A stretch of DNA of 62,543 bases, counting the filler, from Sphacelaria rigidula (lineage: Eukaryota): assembly GCA_964200075.2 (NCBI GenBank). It is 10 parts of 10 records of this genome, joined end to end, with 100 filler letters (N's around TTAATTAATTAA, not from the genome) between each part and the next. Parts side by side here need not be neighbours in the genome. Positions count along the whole stretch, not along the records: positions 1 to 6,165 come from CAXNAA020021808.1; positions 6,266 to 12,430 come from CAXNAA020021809.1; 8 more parts are not named here. The stretch is one strand, 5' to 3'. Below are positions 1 through 10,964 of this stretch, one piece after another. The notes beneath the pieces are model-generated. The model did not search any database. It was given only the letters and a program-made list of their open reading frames with translations, and was not told the DNA's origin. Within the stretch, counting starts at the first letter, position 1. Each line of letters starts with the position of its first letter. The position numbers were made by a program, and so were the translations under genes.

Positions 1-3000
1 GAAGGCACTTCGCCCCCTCCACTACCGACGGGGATCTGCGGTGCTGCTCCGTCCCTCCCACCAACGGAACTCGGCGGGGAGGACGGCGCGCTTGAGGAAC
101 CGCTGGGCGAAGTGTCCACTGTCGGGCTTTTCGTCCTGTCTGCACCCACATCCTGGCCTTGATCGACGCTGGAATCCTTCAGCTCGCCCGGCGTCTGGAT
201 CGCTTACTGTAGTGTGCGGGGGAGGGCGGTGGACGTACGTGCCCATGTTACATGTCTTGTCACGGAGATAGTTCCTCGTACAGTCAGAACTCGCATCGCG
301 TCACGTGGGTAGCCTGGGGCTGGGCTCAAGTACCAGCATGTTTTGGCCTTCGGCTGTAATTTATTTGTCCGCTTCCTCCTACAAAGACCAGGCTTCACGA
401 ACGGAATGAGATCACCTTCTGGTGGTGATCCATACCACATCTCATGCGGTGAGATGTGGTGCGGGTTAGCCGAGGTAGCGGTACAGTTCAGGGTGTGATA
501 CGCCCAGTTTGCCTGTACAGCTTTGTGTGCCGTGAGTGACTATCTCGGACTATCATCGTGTACGACTTTCCCTCGTAAGACTTGACTGGTTTCGGCCCGG
601 AAAGATCTACAGACACCCTAGACGCTGACTTAGCTGCTCTCGTAAGCGTCGATCTTGGAATCCGTGCCCGCAGTCCTTTTGCCTCTGAGCAGCCGCGGCA
701 GGGCTGCAGCACTCCAGCCAGCTGCTTTCCCTGCTGCTTCGCCGTCTTCCTCAGTAAATCCTCGTGGACGTGCGCGTAGGAACAGTGGAATTCGTTGATG
801 TCAGCGGTCTAGGGGCTGGGCGGAGCCCCCGGGGCAATAACAGCATATGCCGAAGCACATTTGTCACTACCACTTTGATCGAGGCGGCGGGCATACATTC
901 TGAGTTGACGTGGTTGTCCGGGTATTATCAGCCTATTGCCTGAATTAAGATCTACCCTGAAACCATTACGAAACCCAGTGTAGGTGTGTCCCATGTATTG
1001 GACCCTCGTGAGTGACAAGAGGTGATGACGGACACCAGGTACATGGTCAACATCCACCAGTTTGAGGATTACATCCTGTCCGTCAGATCTGAAGGCAAGA
1101 GACAAATTTCCTCTGTCTACGATCGGGTAAGTACTACCTCCCGCGCACCGTAGTACCCTACCCTTGCACTCTCTATACTCCGTCATCCCATGGGAATCGT
1201 GGGAGAAATGCTGGGTAGCCCCCGTGTCAAATACCCATGGTTCGCCCTCACCCTGCTGACTACCACCCCCCCGCTCAACACTCAATGCATCCTCGCCTGT
1301 GTCGCCGTTGATAGTGGTGTCGAGAGAGGTGAAAACCTTCCCATCCTCCACCGAACAGACGGAGGAGCTGTCGCTGTCGTCGTCCGCGCCCGTCGCCATC
1401 ACCGCGTCTTCTTTCTTCGCTGTTGATCTCGGACAGTCCAAGAACGTGTGCCCCTGCTGGTCGCACCTCTCGCAGTATCTCTTCGGGCAGTTCCTGGCCC
1501 GATGCGTCGTGTTCTCGTCGCAAACGTGGCAACGGAGCAGCTGCCCAGTCGCCGGTTCGCCGTCCGACGATGCCGACCCAGAGCTACGCGAACTCTGGCT
1601 CCCGCCGTTTTTCTGACCAGAGCCCTGAGATTTTCCCGGTTTTCCCTTGTGGTGAGCACCGCTCGGTTTTCCGGTCCTACCCCCGGCAAGAAAAGCCTGA
1701 TCGCCCGGGGATTACTTCTTTCCCCCGGCAAGTTCCTGTTTCAAAGATGTTGATTCGAAACGCTCTCGAATCGAAGTCAACACAACCTCCCGTGTCAGCG
1801 GTCCCTCTCGATCCTCCAGCAGTTGCTTCTGGATATGATACTCGAAAGGCAACACGTTGAGGAATTTTTTGAGAATATGGTTTTCGCTTAGTCGCTCATG
1901 CTCCTCGTATGAATTCAGGTTACGTTCCTCCATCTCGAGCAGCTTCTGCTCTGGATCATCACGAACACCGATCTTAACTCCATCAAACGTTTCCAACAAA
2001 GCGGTTCTCGCCCCATTTGTTTTGGGGCGGAAGACATCCTCGAGTTTTTCCAAAGATCCGCAGAAGGTGAGTGGATTTCAAGCAAAATATCTTGCTCCCT
2101 CCTTCCTTCTAAACTAGCTACAAGCATTCGTCTGGCCCTCACGTTGGTCGACACTGTGTCCTTTCCATAACTACTCTCTAGATACCCCATTTCTATTTCA
2201 GGATTACCGACGTCTACATCGTAAAAACTATCGCCGGCCATGGTGAACACCAAGCGGATTCCTCCGCCCCTTGCGAAGTTGACCAGTTCGTGACTGTACC
2301 GAGCATAATCAGCCCTCTTCCCTGAAACGTTTGGGACGTTCTGTCGAAAAACGGAAACCCCTGACACACTTTCACTGGTACCGTTAAGTTGGATTGACTC
2401 ACGTGCGGGGACAAAGCCCTTAGCTTCGTCACTGGTGACCCCGTTGTCCCTGTCGTCGCGCGCTCCGTCCTCTGGAACAGCTTGGCTCCCGATGTACCGT
2501 CGCTCTCGCCGAACCCTCGCACCACGCGGTTCCGCTGTTCTATTTACGTTGAATTCCCCCCGTACACTATGGGAACTTTCACTACCGAGGACGCCGTTGT
2601 TTTCTGCGCTCCCGGCCTCTCTTACTGTCCTCATATTGTCCATGTTACTCTGTAATGTAGCTTGGCTTAGCTACATATCACGCATGAGCTGAGCCAAGGA
2701 ACTGATCTGACTACGTTGTTCTCACAACTCCTCAGTAACACCCTGCTCACCGAAAACCCTAGCAGGCCTAACACCTTGTTCTGCCATTCTGCCCAACCGG
2801 TTGGAACACTAGTGTATTCCGTGGCCCGTGGCGAAGGATAGATAGTTTTATCATATGTATTATTGGAGAGTGCCTAGACTGAGTCGACCCTATGACTAAG
2901 GGATCAGATGTTGAGTGAGCGCTCATGGCAGCTACCACGCTGCCATGAGCGGGGTACTGTAGTCACACACACTCGACTACCAGTACCCGCACGTCCGCAT

Positions 3001-3100
3001 TAATCTATCCGAACATGTGCATGTTCACTCAGTGTACCTGTTCACATGAACAGATGCGGCACATCGCGCGCAAGGGAGTCTACGCGCCAACTTCAACCAT
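1..3100 (-). mobile_element. Decayed Ty1/Copia LTR retrotransposon, 5' half; RT/RNase H would lie beyond the contig start
   Basis: Domain order gag-protease-integrase on the minus strand. Probable 5' LTR inner end at 2909 (TGTTG on +, CAACA on -). Outer LTR boundary uncertain. Confidence 0.9.
204..2787 (-). pseudogene. Copia gag-pol relic (gag, two zinc knuckles, aspartic protease, GAG-pre-integrase, partial integrase)
   Basis: ATG at 2787 (MAEQGV...) followed by stops and frameshifts. Gag: KFLNVLPFEYHIQKQLLE. Knuckles: CHVCDENTTHRARNC and CERCDQQGHTFLDC (1433-1531). Protease: WVFDTGATQH (1208-1237). Zn motif: FHCSYAHVHE...PCRGC. Integrase start: RVSVDLSGP...MIVRDSHSR. Integrase C-terminal part: SPHEMWYG...TRHVTW. 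Confidence 0.9.
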
Positions 3101-3202
3101 GGCGCCCACATATTCGGCTCTTTCCTGCTCATTTGTCGTTCACGGACGCCACAACGATCACGCTCCTTTCTCCCGGAAAATGGTTCACTAGTCCCTCCGC
3201 AT

Positions 3203-3380
3203 CGACACAATAAATGGACTCACGATCCACAGCGCGTCGGTCTTTTGTGATCCCGGGGTTCGTGAAACACCGTATACCGTTGCGATCTCTGGGCGACACA
3301 ATAAATGGACTCACGACTCACAGCGCGTCGGTTTTTTGTGATCCCGGGGTTCGTGAAACACCGTATACCGTTGCGATCTC
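3203..3380 (+). repeat. 91-bp tandem duplication (2 copies)
   Basis: CGACACAATAAATGGACTCACGA...CCGTTGCGATCTC starts at 3203 and 3294. Confidence 0.9.
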
Positions 3381-3904
3381 GGGTCTGTGTCAGGGTCAAG
3401 CCAGGCTATCCCGTCACTAACGGGCGGTTGTCGCATCATCGATAGTTGGTTCAAGCAACGGGTACTTACAGTACGGGCCTCTACGCATAACAGGAACAGA
3501 ACACTAATAGCGTTCAACCAGCGCGTCTTCAAATCTACGTACTAGCACTGCGATCCGACAAAATCTAATCAAACGAGATACCAACCCGTACAGTAGTCCT
3601 GCCATTCTTTGCAGCTTCCAGTCATTTGCACATCTTCTGCGGGCATAATCCGAACTTCTCGCTGGCCGTTGGTGATGGCTATGCACGGTCCCGATATAGA
3701 CGTAATGGGTGTGCCGTTGGTCTACAACAGCGGTGGACATTCGGCTACACCCTGTGGAGTGCCTGTCAGGGCAATTTCCCTGTGGAGACCCTGTGATGAC
3801 CTTGTACACAGGGCATGGAACCCTGCCTGGGTCGCGTGACAGTACCTTGTCGGTACGCACACCTTAAGAGAGTTTGATGATGGTGATTCCGTCTACACTT
3901 GGAG

Positions 3905-4136
3905 ACCTTGAACAGGGCAGTGTTTCAATACCTCGCACCAGAACTGACCTTGGCAATGCGATATCCCATACCCTGGGCAAGCATTCACCCTGGCAAGATA
4001 ATGTTGCGATACCTTGTGCTAAGGCCCACCTTGATAGGGTGATATTTCATATCTTGTGCAAGAATCCATACTGGCAGGGTAGTATTTCGATACCCTGGGC
4101 AAGCATCACGTTGGCAAGGTAACGTTTTGATACCTT
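3905..4136 (+). repeat. Degenerate 40/41-bp tandem array, about 6 units
   Basis: ATACC/ATATC anchors at 3928, 3968, 4009, 4049, 4090 and 4130. Confidence 0.7.
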
Positions 4137-5037
4137 ATTATACACCATACGCACAGGGTTTCGCAACAACCCATTGCAGTGCTAGTCCAGGCGATAACGC
4201 TGCACAGTGGCTTTTTCCAGTGCATATCGTACTCGATACAGAAGTGAACGAGCGGTCAGTACACTGAGGGAAAAAAATATTCTGAGTAAAAGGTGAGGGT
4301 AAAAATCAAATTAACGCACGAGGTATCTTGGGTTTTAGGGGCTGACATTCCAACCAGCTACACATGTTCGTTAGAAAATGACCCGTGGACGTTTTCTTGG
4401 CGCATGGTCGCGAAGGCTGGCGCCAGTGGCAGTCAAGCCAAGCCAGCACATATGCAGCGCTGGAAGTGTAGACAGAAAATGGTGTTAGAGTTACCGCTTG
4501 TGGGCAAGACGGTCCAGAACAACCCACGGTGTAGAACGCGAAAGAAGCGAGGAACATTGACGGGAGGATGCCGCATACTGCGTCCCACCTTAGACCGAGA
4601 TATCATAAGCAGCACCGGCGATCGACCCTCGTATTGACTGTAATACATCCACTACTCTACTTGTCCGACGGTCACATACAAAACGACACGTTACAAAGAC
4701 TTGCCTAAGTGAGCTCCGAAGCGTGGTTTCCTGACAACGTCAAATACAATAACTATTACAGTACGGTACAAACGTACAAATGAAAGAAACACTGCCACTT
4801 ATATATCAGGTGTGATAATGACAGATCTTGACACATTTATTTCGTGGAAGATGACAGAAACCTTCATGAAGCTGAAGTTCTTTTCGAGGCCCGCGCTACG
4901 TACGGCACGCAAAATTGCGAGCGTCCTTGAAAGGTAAGGGGATGAGGCAAGTCGCTGTATGCAGCTAGCTCTCTCCGGCGGATATCTCCCGAGCGGCGGT
5001 GATGCAATGGGACCAGCCAGGACGCAGCGTTGGGCGC

Positions 5038-5068
5038 AATGCATGCGCATGCATGCATGCATGCATGT
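5038..5068. repeat. (GCAT)n microsatellite
   Basis: gcatgcgcatgcatgcatgcatgcatg. Confidence 0.8.
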
Positions 5069-5376
5069 TCGAGGAACTCGCAGGTACGACGGGCTACCAG
5101 TGTGTAACCGTACAGCATGTTTCACGTCCCAACTGTTGTCGGGGTTGAGTACATGAGCTGGGTATACAGCACGCGCTTGCGTGAACTCCAATCGAGGCCG
5201 CTGCTGAAACGCTTTGCCCCTGTGCGATTGGCAGTATCTTGAGATTGTGCCAATCACTACAGCAAGCATCCGATATCGGGCTCCACCCCTCCAGCCCAAG
5301 GGGATACGTCGTATCGAGTTATATTAGGTAAATCAATCGTCACTTCCTGCGATACGAGCTGAATGAAACAGGTGTA

Positions 5377-5430
5377 TACACATTACACGTTACACGTTAT
5401 ACATTACACATTACATGTTCACATTACGTT
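5377..5430. repeat. (TTACACR)n heptamer repeat
   Basis: cattacacgttacacgttatacattacacattacatg. Confidence 0.75.
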
Positions 5431-5671
5431 CATCACGCACGACACAACAGCACAGGGTTGTTTCTTCGCGCGCCCATAAATACAAAACTTATTGCCACAC
5501 GCCTTGTCACCTTGTAGAAAACGATGAAAACTGCGCCTTCGACGTTTTATAACGTCTGCATCACATGAGAAGGGCTGCTCCCAAAATTCCCTTCGGAAAA
5601 TGTGTTGTTGGAAACACAAGAGATTTGTTGAAGAAAAGCGCATTTTTGGCCCTTCTCCGTCGTGTTTCATC

Positions 5672-5965
5672 CCGAAACGTGTCGACACATTGGAATGACT
5701 TGCTCTACCTGATGTGACCGTTTCAGAGCACATTCACGTTTCCTGTAGGTGACAGTTTTGTTTTTGGTCAAACTTTTATCTTCAAACCAAAAGGTCAACT
5801 TACCAAAACACAGGAGGGCAAATAGCCTTTTCTTTGGTTACTTGACCGTTTGTGATTGGAAATGAAGGTTGGCCAAAAATGAACTGTTACCATCGAAAAA
5901 CGCAAAGGTGCTCTGGGACTGTATCAACGAGTAGAGTAAGACGTTCCAAGGTGTCAACATCTATT
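5672..5965. repeat. Degenerate inverted repeat, ~100-bp arms (old MITE-like)
   Basis: Reverse complement of 5672-5776 aligns by eye to 5864-5965 (...AACTGT.ACC...GTGCTCTG...GTAGAG.AAG...TTCCAA.GTGTC.ACA). Confidence 0.6.
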
Positions 5966-6165
5966 TTTGGGCGAAAAACGACGCGAATGGCCAACAAGGT
6001 ACCTTTGAACAAGAATTATTTCGCACGTCGGACGAGTCATTACTCGTCGAAACGAGTGCACTCGTGGATATTTTTTTAAAACGACACTTTCTACGATAGC
6101 CCCCCCCCCCCCCCCAAAAGTGCGTGGTTTTGGGAGGCAAAATCTTCACGTAAATCAAAATGTGA

Positions 6166-6265
6166 NNNNNNNNNNNNNNNNNNNNNNNNNNNNNNNNNNN
6201 NNNNNNNNNTTAATTAATTAANNNNNNNNNNNNNNNNNNNNNNNNNNNNNNNNNNNNNNNNNNNN
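6166..6265. other. Artificial contig linker (N44-TTAATTAATTAA-N44)
   Basis: Exactly 100 bp; the 12-mer puts stop codons in all six frames; recurs every 6264-6265 bp. Confidence 0.97.
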
Positions 6266-7384
6266 AGAATCGTTAGGAGCCCCTGAACCAGACAAAAATT
6301 CGCGAAAAAAGTGCACCCCTACCGTAGCATTGCTCACAGCTCGTCATTCAAGATCGGGCCCTCATGCGTGACCGCCTTGAGGATGTCGGCCTCACGTTCT
6401 GTATCTGGTGGTCCCGGAAACGGTGTACGTACCACCTCTAATCTGTTCTGCTGTGGGACGGGGCGTCGACGAGTGTGCGTGATCGCGTGCTGTGCACGGT
6501 GCAGTGCTGTACGGGACTGCCATCACGCTATCTTGCCAGTCAGAACACCTCCGCATGTTCTGTTTACCCAGGGTAGGTGGTGAAAACAAAAATGCCCCCT
6601 CTTCGCCTCCGCCAACAAGACCGTTTCCCCCCCACTTTTCACTCTCGCCGGTCGGAAAACGCGCTTTGGACGGACGTTTGCATGAGCTGTCCTCGTACGA
6701 AATCAATCATATATATCGTTGGAATAACAGCACTTCTCCATATGCCCGTGCCAAAGGAGTTAACTGACCCCGGCCGCCAATTCACAGCCCTGCACATTAC
6801 ATTTCACACAGTGTCACGCCGGGGAACTCGTTTTTTTCTCTAGTCTTTTACACGACTCCGCGAAAAACGGTGGAACATGGTGGATGATGGCAAATATCCT
6901 GATTTCACGACGATGGTCCGCACCAGCTGTGCATGCAGCAGCGGCCCAGACACCATCGCCCAGGCGGAGGGAGCATGCGCGTGGAGGACTAAGGTATGTT
7001 GGTATATAGATAGGCAAGACCTCTGACAGATTGAAATGGCAACAGTGCTCTTTGCCGGGAGCTATCGCAGAATCCGTCCTGCCCCGGGTGAACACCACCC
7101 CCCCCTGCGAAACCTGACCTCCGGTGTCATGGGAGAGCACTGCGCTCGCGTAACACCACCGGCAGAGACAGAGAACGGTTTGAGCATCTGCACAAAGCAG
7201 CAGTTCCGTTGCAAAAGGATTTACTGATATCCATTAATGTCGCAGATAAAACGCGTTGACTAAAGTTTGAAAAGTTTGAATTTTTATCCGCACCAGCGCA
7301 TGGGTGCTGCAGAGAGCCCCCTTTCCGTCGTACAAGCTGTTAAACCCAGTACAGTATAGCCCCGCGCAGTACAATACCATGCAC

Positions 7385-7435
7385 CCCAGCGCAGCACAGA
7401 ACAGCACAGAACAGCACAGAACAGCACAGAACAGC
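7385..7435. repeat. (ACAGAACAGC)n simple repeat
   Basis: Four near-perfect 10-bp units. Confidence 0.85.
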
Positions 7436-7599
7436 TTAACTGCATGCAACGAAGTGCAGTGCAGCACAGAGTATTGTACAGTCTGTGTAGTGTTATGCGC
7501 GGGTATGAACTGAGCCGGCTGGCAGAAGAAACACTGTGTACAGTACTACTTTCGTACGTAAATGGCGGTCGTGATCTTGCCATCAAGATTCACGACGTT

Positions 7600-9380
7600 G
7601 CCAGATGCGGCCCTGGGAAACGTGTACTTCGGAGGGTCGTGTGCTCCATGGAGAAAAGTACCACACGCGCCTGGTGCCATTAGAGGCGCAATGATCGCAT
7701 GTTGGCAACGTGCGCCCGGGTTCCGACCACCACCAATGTGGAGGAAGATAAACGGAGTGTACAGAGCGCGGGAGGTGTCAAGAAACTCTTATTTAGAGTA
7801 ATGCTCGGCATCTTCTTTTCTCTCCGAATTCAGCAGGAATGCTGGTATCCCTTTGTTTTGTTCGACGAGGTGGAAAACGCCGAATGCCCCACTTTCAAAT
7901 TCTTATTCTGCACAGGCATGGGAGTAGCAGGCATCGAAGGCACCCCCCTACTCGTATCCTCTGCCGAAAGGGACTGGAGGATCAGTACTGTACCCTGCGT
8001 TAGCAGTAAGCAAGCAGTACGTAAATCCCTATTGTTCCTAGACAAAATCAGAACATAATACAGTGCAGTATTATAGGAGTATGGTAGATATTGTCGTTAT
8101 CCGTGGGGTATCCCAGTAGATATCAATGTTGTCTGCCAGTATAAGAGAGGAGGCAGCTTGGGGGCTGATGTAGCCATGGCGGCTGTAAAAGCAGGTTATT
8201 ATTATCCTGAGGCGCAGTTCATTGTTGCAGAGGTTTACCTGCCGACCCCCTTGCACTTTCCAACTCCCAAGTCTTATGTTCCCCTTGAATTCACCACGAA
8301 TGCTTTCCATTGGATATTTGAATTTACCAAAAAAAAGAGCCTGCAATTATTAGCTACGAAATGTTCAACATCGGTTGCTCCTGCAATCGTACATAAATTT
8401 CGAGTTGGGAATTTGGATTTTACAACAGTACAATACGATGATCGGATGCGGAGACCATGACAGATGATGACGCAGCAAGGAAGACTCCGTCGTCGTTGGA
8501 CCTTGCAGCACGAGGACCGCAATGTTGGATGCACCTAGAATCAAAAGCATTGATGTGCAATCCTACCCCACCCACCCCCCGGTTCATTCGCTGACCGTAG
8601 ATGCGGCAGATCCCCAAGACTCACACTTTGAATGCTACGTCTGGAGCACTTCTCAGACGCCAGTGGGGGCAGTCCGAACGTGAGATACAGCATCGCAATC
8701 GATCTCAAGGCAAAAGCACCACAACGCACTTGATGCAGCAATGCCGCGGGAAGAGTAAGCGCTGAAGATCGCGGGCACCTTTCTATATTACACTCGTTCC
8801 CGCTGATGGTTGTGTGTCTTGAACGGAATTGAGTATGCATACATTTCGGAATGATATCCTGTTCCATGAGCCCGCGACTCCTACGGTCGGGAAAAAAAAA
8901 GACCGCACGGCTAACACGTCGTGCCGATCTATCGTTATTCCGTATCCTCCCGACAGGTTGAGAAGTGCCTGCGCCATCCCGAGCGCCAACCCTCCAACAA
9001 GACGGGAACGGCAGGAGCAGCGTCAAGCGCGAGTGGTCTTGGCGGCGGTGTGGCGATGGCAGCCCGTCCGTGCAATTCAGCGGCGGCGTCAGCAGGGTCG
9101 GCGGTGTCGCCGATAGCGGCAGCTGTGGTGGGTGGAGGTGGCGATGGCAATGACATGAGAGGGGCGCCCCCGCGGACATCTGTTGACGCAGTGAAAGGCG
9201 GGGGGCGTGGTAGGGCGGCGCCGGCGCCGAGGATGGCGCCACGCGCGGATTTAGGCGCCAACTCGGGGTTCGTATATTGCGGCTTCATCAGGCGGCGAGG
9301 GGGGGGTCACAGCGGCGGGAACGCATCTGCAAGATCCAGGGGTCACCCACCGTCCTACTCATGACTCGAAACCCCATCTC
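7600..9380 (+). pseudogene. Decayed, apparently spliced upstream part of the PIN-CXC gene
   Basis: Protein-like fragments on + (ECWYPFVLFDEVENAECPTFKFLF...LLVSSAERDW; YGRYCRY...INVVCQYKRGGSLGADVAM; VRYSIAIDLKAKAP). Candidate acceptors at ~7833, ~8076 and 8956; donors at ~8016 and ~8756. Stops and frameshifts present. Confidence 0.45.
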
Positions 9381-10964
9381 ATGTGGTGGTGTCATGGCAG
9401 TGGGCTTGACCGGCGTATGCATAGCGCAGTTGGACCCGGTATAGGTGAGGGGGAGGTGTCCACACCCCACTTCATCATTCACTCCGGGACCTTATTCGAG
9501 AAGCATTTGAAAAAATGGCTAGTCACTCCCGTCGATACTGATCAGTGGATGTTTGCACTTTTGGCCATGGCGTGCGGGCATATCGAGCCGCAAGGCCCCA
9601 ACGCGGTTCAAGTAACTGTCAAATGGATTGTTAACGGGGGACCCCGATTCATCCTGGTGAACAGGGTGTACACTGCGCTCGTGACTTTGAGGAACGGGAG
9701 TGAAAGTGCTTGGTCCCCCGACGGACAGTATGATTGGCTGACGCATCCTGTCAAGATGGCGCTGTTCGTTTTCACCAACCTGTTGGCTGGCTGTGACTTC
9801 CTGCCGCGTGTATCCTGGATTCCTTTCCTCAAGATGTGGGAATTCGTGCTAAAGGCCCTGAGAACGCCAAATTTGTTCACTGAACCGATAGTGGTGATCG
9901 GAGAGGGTGGGCCAAGGGTGACGGTCAACGAGGGAGTGAAGCTGCTTGCTACGGTTTTTTTCTTCAGATACGAAAACGCTTTTGCGCAAATCGCCGCGGA
10001 TCCTGGACTTCTATTCACGACGTGTGGGCGGAACTTGGAGTCATTCGTGAACAAGATCCACCTGTGTATCTCCCCAGCGTATGGACACATGCCTTCTCGC
10101 TGCTGCCCGGATTTGGTCGCAAGCAGGATGCACGTGGCTAAGTCCGATGCAGTATTCGAATATTGGAAGGGGGTTGGGAAGAGCATGCCCACAATGAAAT
10201 TCAACGGGCGCGGATGGGGCGTTGAAGCGGAAAAGAAGACACACCATAAGGGTGGGGTGAAGACAGCGAGCAGAGGGACGGTGGAGCTCACACGGGACAA
10301 CATAGTGGTGTGCTTATCAAGCCACGCGTACGTGGATACATCCGGGAATGTGGAAACCCTCCCATGTGCTTGCAAGCCAAAAAGGGCGGCGCAGAGACGT
10401 CATCGGTGCCGGGGATGCAGATGTTTGGGGAACTGCACTCTGAGCTGCGGTTGCCAGGGCCGATGCATGTTGCCCCCTCCCAGTTCCCCGGCGACAGACA
10501 CGACGTCCACTGATAATACCGCCGCAGTAAACATCGGTGCACGCCGCCGACGTCATAAGGGGAGGGGAGGGTCGACGGCGAACCGTGGAAGAGGCGGGTC
10601 AGCGGGGAAGCATGGCAGGGGCGGGTCCGCCGCGAGCGATGGAAGGGACGGGTCAGCGGCGTTGCGTCCTACGGGCGAGGTGAATGGAGCGAGAAAAGCG
10701 CCAGGGGAAGGTGTAAATAATAGTCATGGTGTGGCGTCGTTCTGGCGCGACAGGGGGAGGGCGATGGGAGAGGGATCGGATCCGGAAACGGATCATACCC
10801 GTCGTAATTGTGGCGACAACGAAGGAGATGGAACCTCACAGGGCGGGTCGAAGTATTCAGCGGTGATCTGGATTGGAGATTCTGATTCCGGGTGCAGCGG
10901 GTCGGAGGGAGAGGATTCTGTATCGGATGCGGGCAAAAACCACGATGAGGATTTCACGTTTTGA
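9381..10964 (+). CDS. PIN-fold (XPG/FEN1/XRN-like) nuclease segment plus 9-Cys CXC cluster; probably the 3' part of a larger, possibly transposon-encoded gene
   Basis: 527 uninterrupted codons, frame open from ~9255. Acidic motifs GEGE (9444-9455), DTD (9534-9542) and LLAGCDFLP (GCDFLP at 9789-9806). P...H...W...GW segment. C-x-C-x11-C-x2-C-x-C-x3-C-x3-C-x-C-x3-C at 10365-10466. Disordered G/R-rich then acidic tail. Confidence 0.75.
   Translation: MWWCHGSGLDRRMHSAVGPGIGEGEVSTPHFIIHSGTLFEKHLKKWLVTPVDTDQWMFALLAMACGHIEPQGPNAVQVTVKWIVNGGPRFILVNRVYTALVTLRNGSESAWSPDGQYDWLTHPVKMALFVFTNLLAGCDFLPRVSWIPFLKMWEFVLKALRTPNLFTEPIVVIGEGGPRVTVNEGVKLLATVFFFRYENAFAQIAADPGLLFTTCGRNLESFVNKIHLCISPAYGHMPSRCCPDLVASRMHVAKSDAVFEYWKGVGKSMPTMKFNGRGWGVEAEKKTHHKGGVKTASRGTVELTRDNIVVCLSSHAYVDTSGNVETLPCACKPKRAAQRRHRCRGCRCLGNCTLSCGCQGRCMLPPPSSPATDTTSTDNTAAVNIGARRRRHKGRGGSTANRGRGGSAGKHGRGGSAASDGRDGSAALRPTGEVNGARKAPGEGVNNSHGVASFWRDRGRAMGEGSDPETDHTRRNCGDNEGDGTSQGGSKYSAVIWIGDSDSGCSGSEGEDSVSDAGKNHDEDFTF

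Noticed and set aside
9608..10375. 255-aa minus-strand ORF
   Set aside because: Antisense shadow of the PIN-CXC ORF. The same applies to minus-strand ORFs over the Gypsy genes and to 58918-59439(+).
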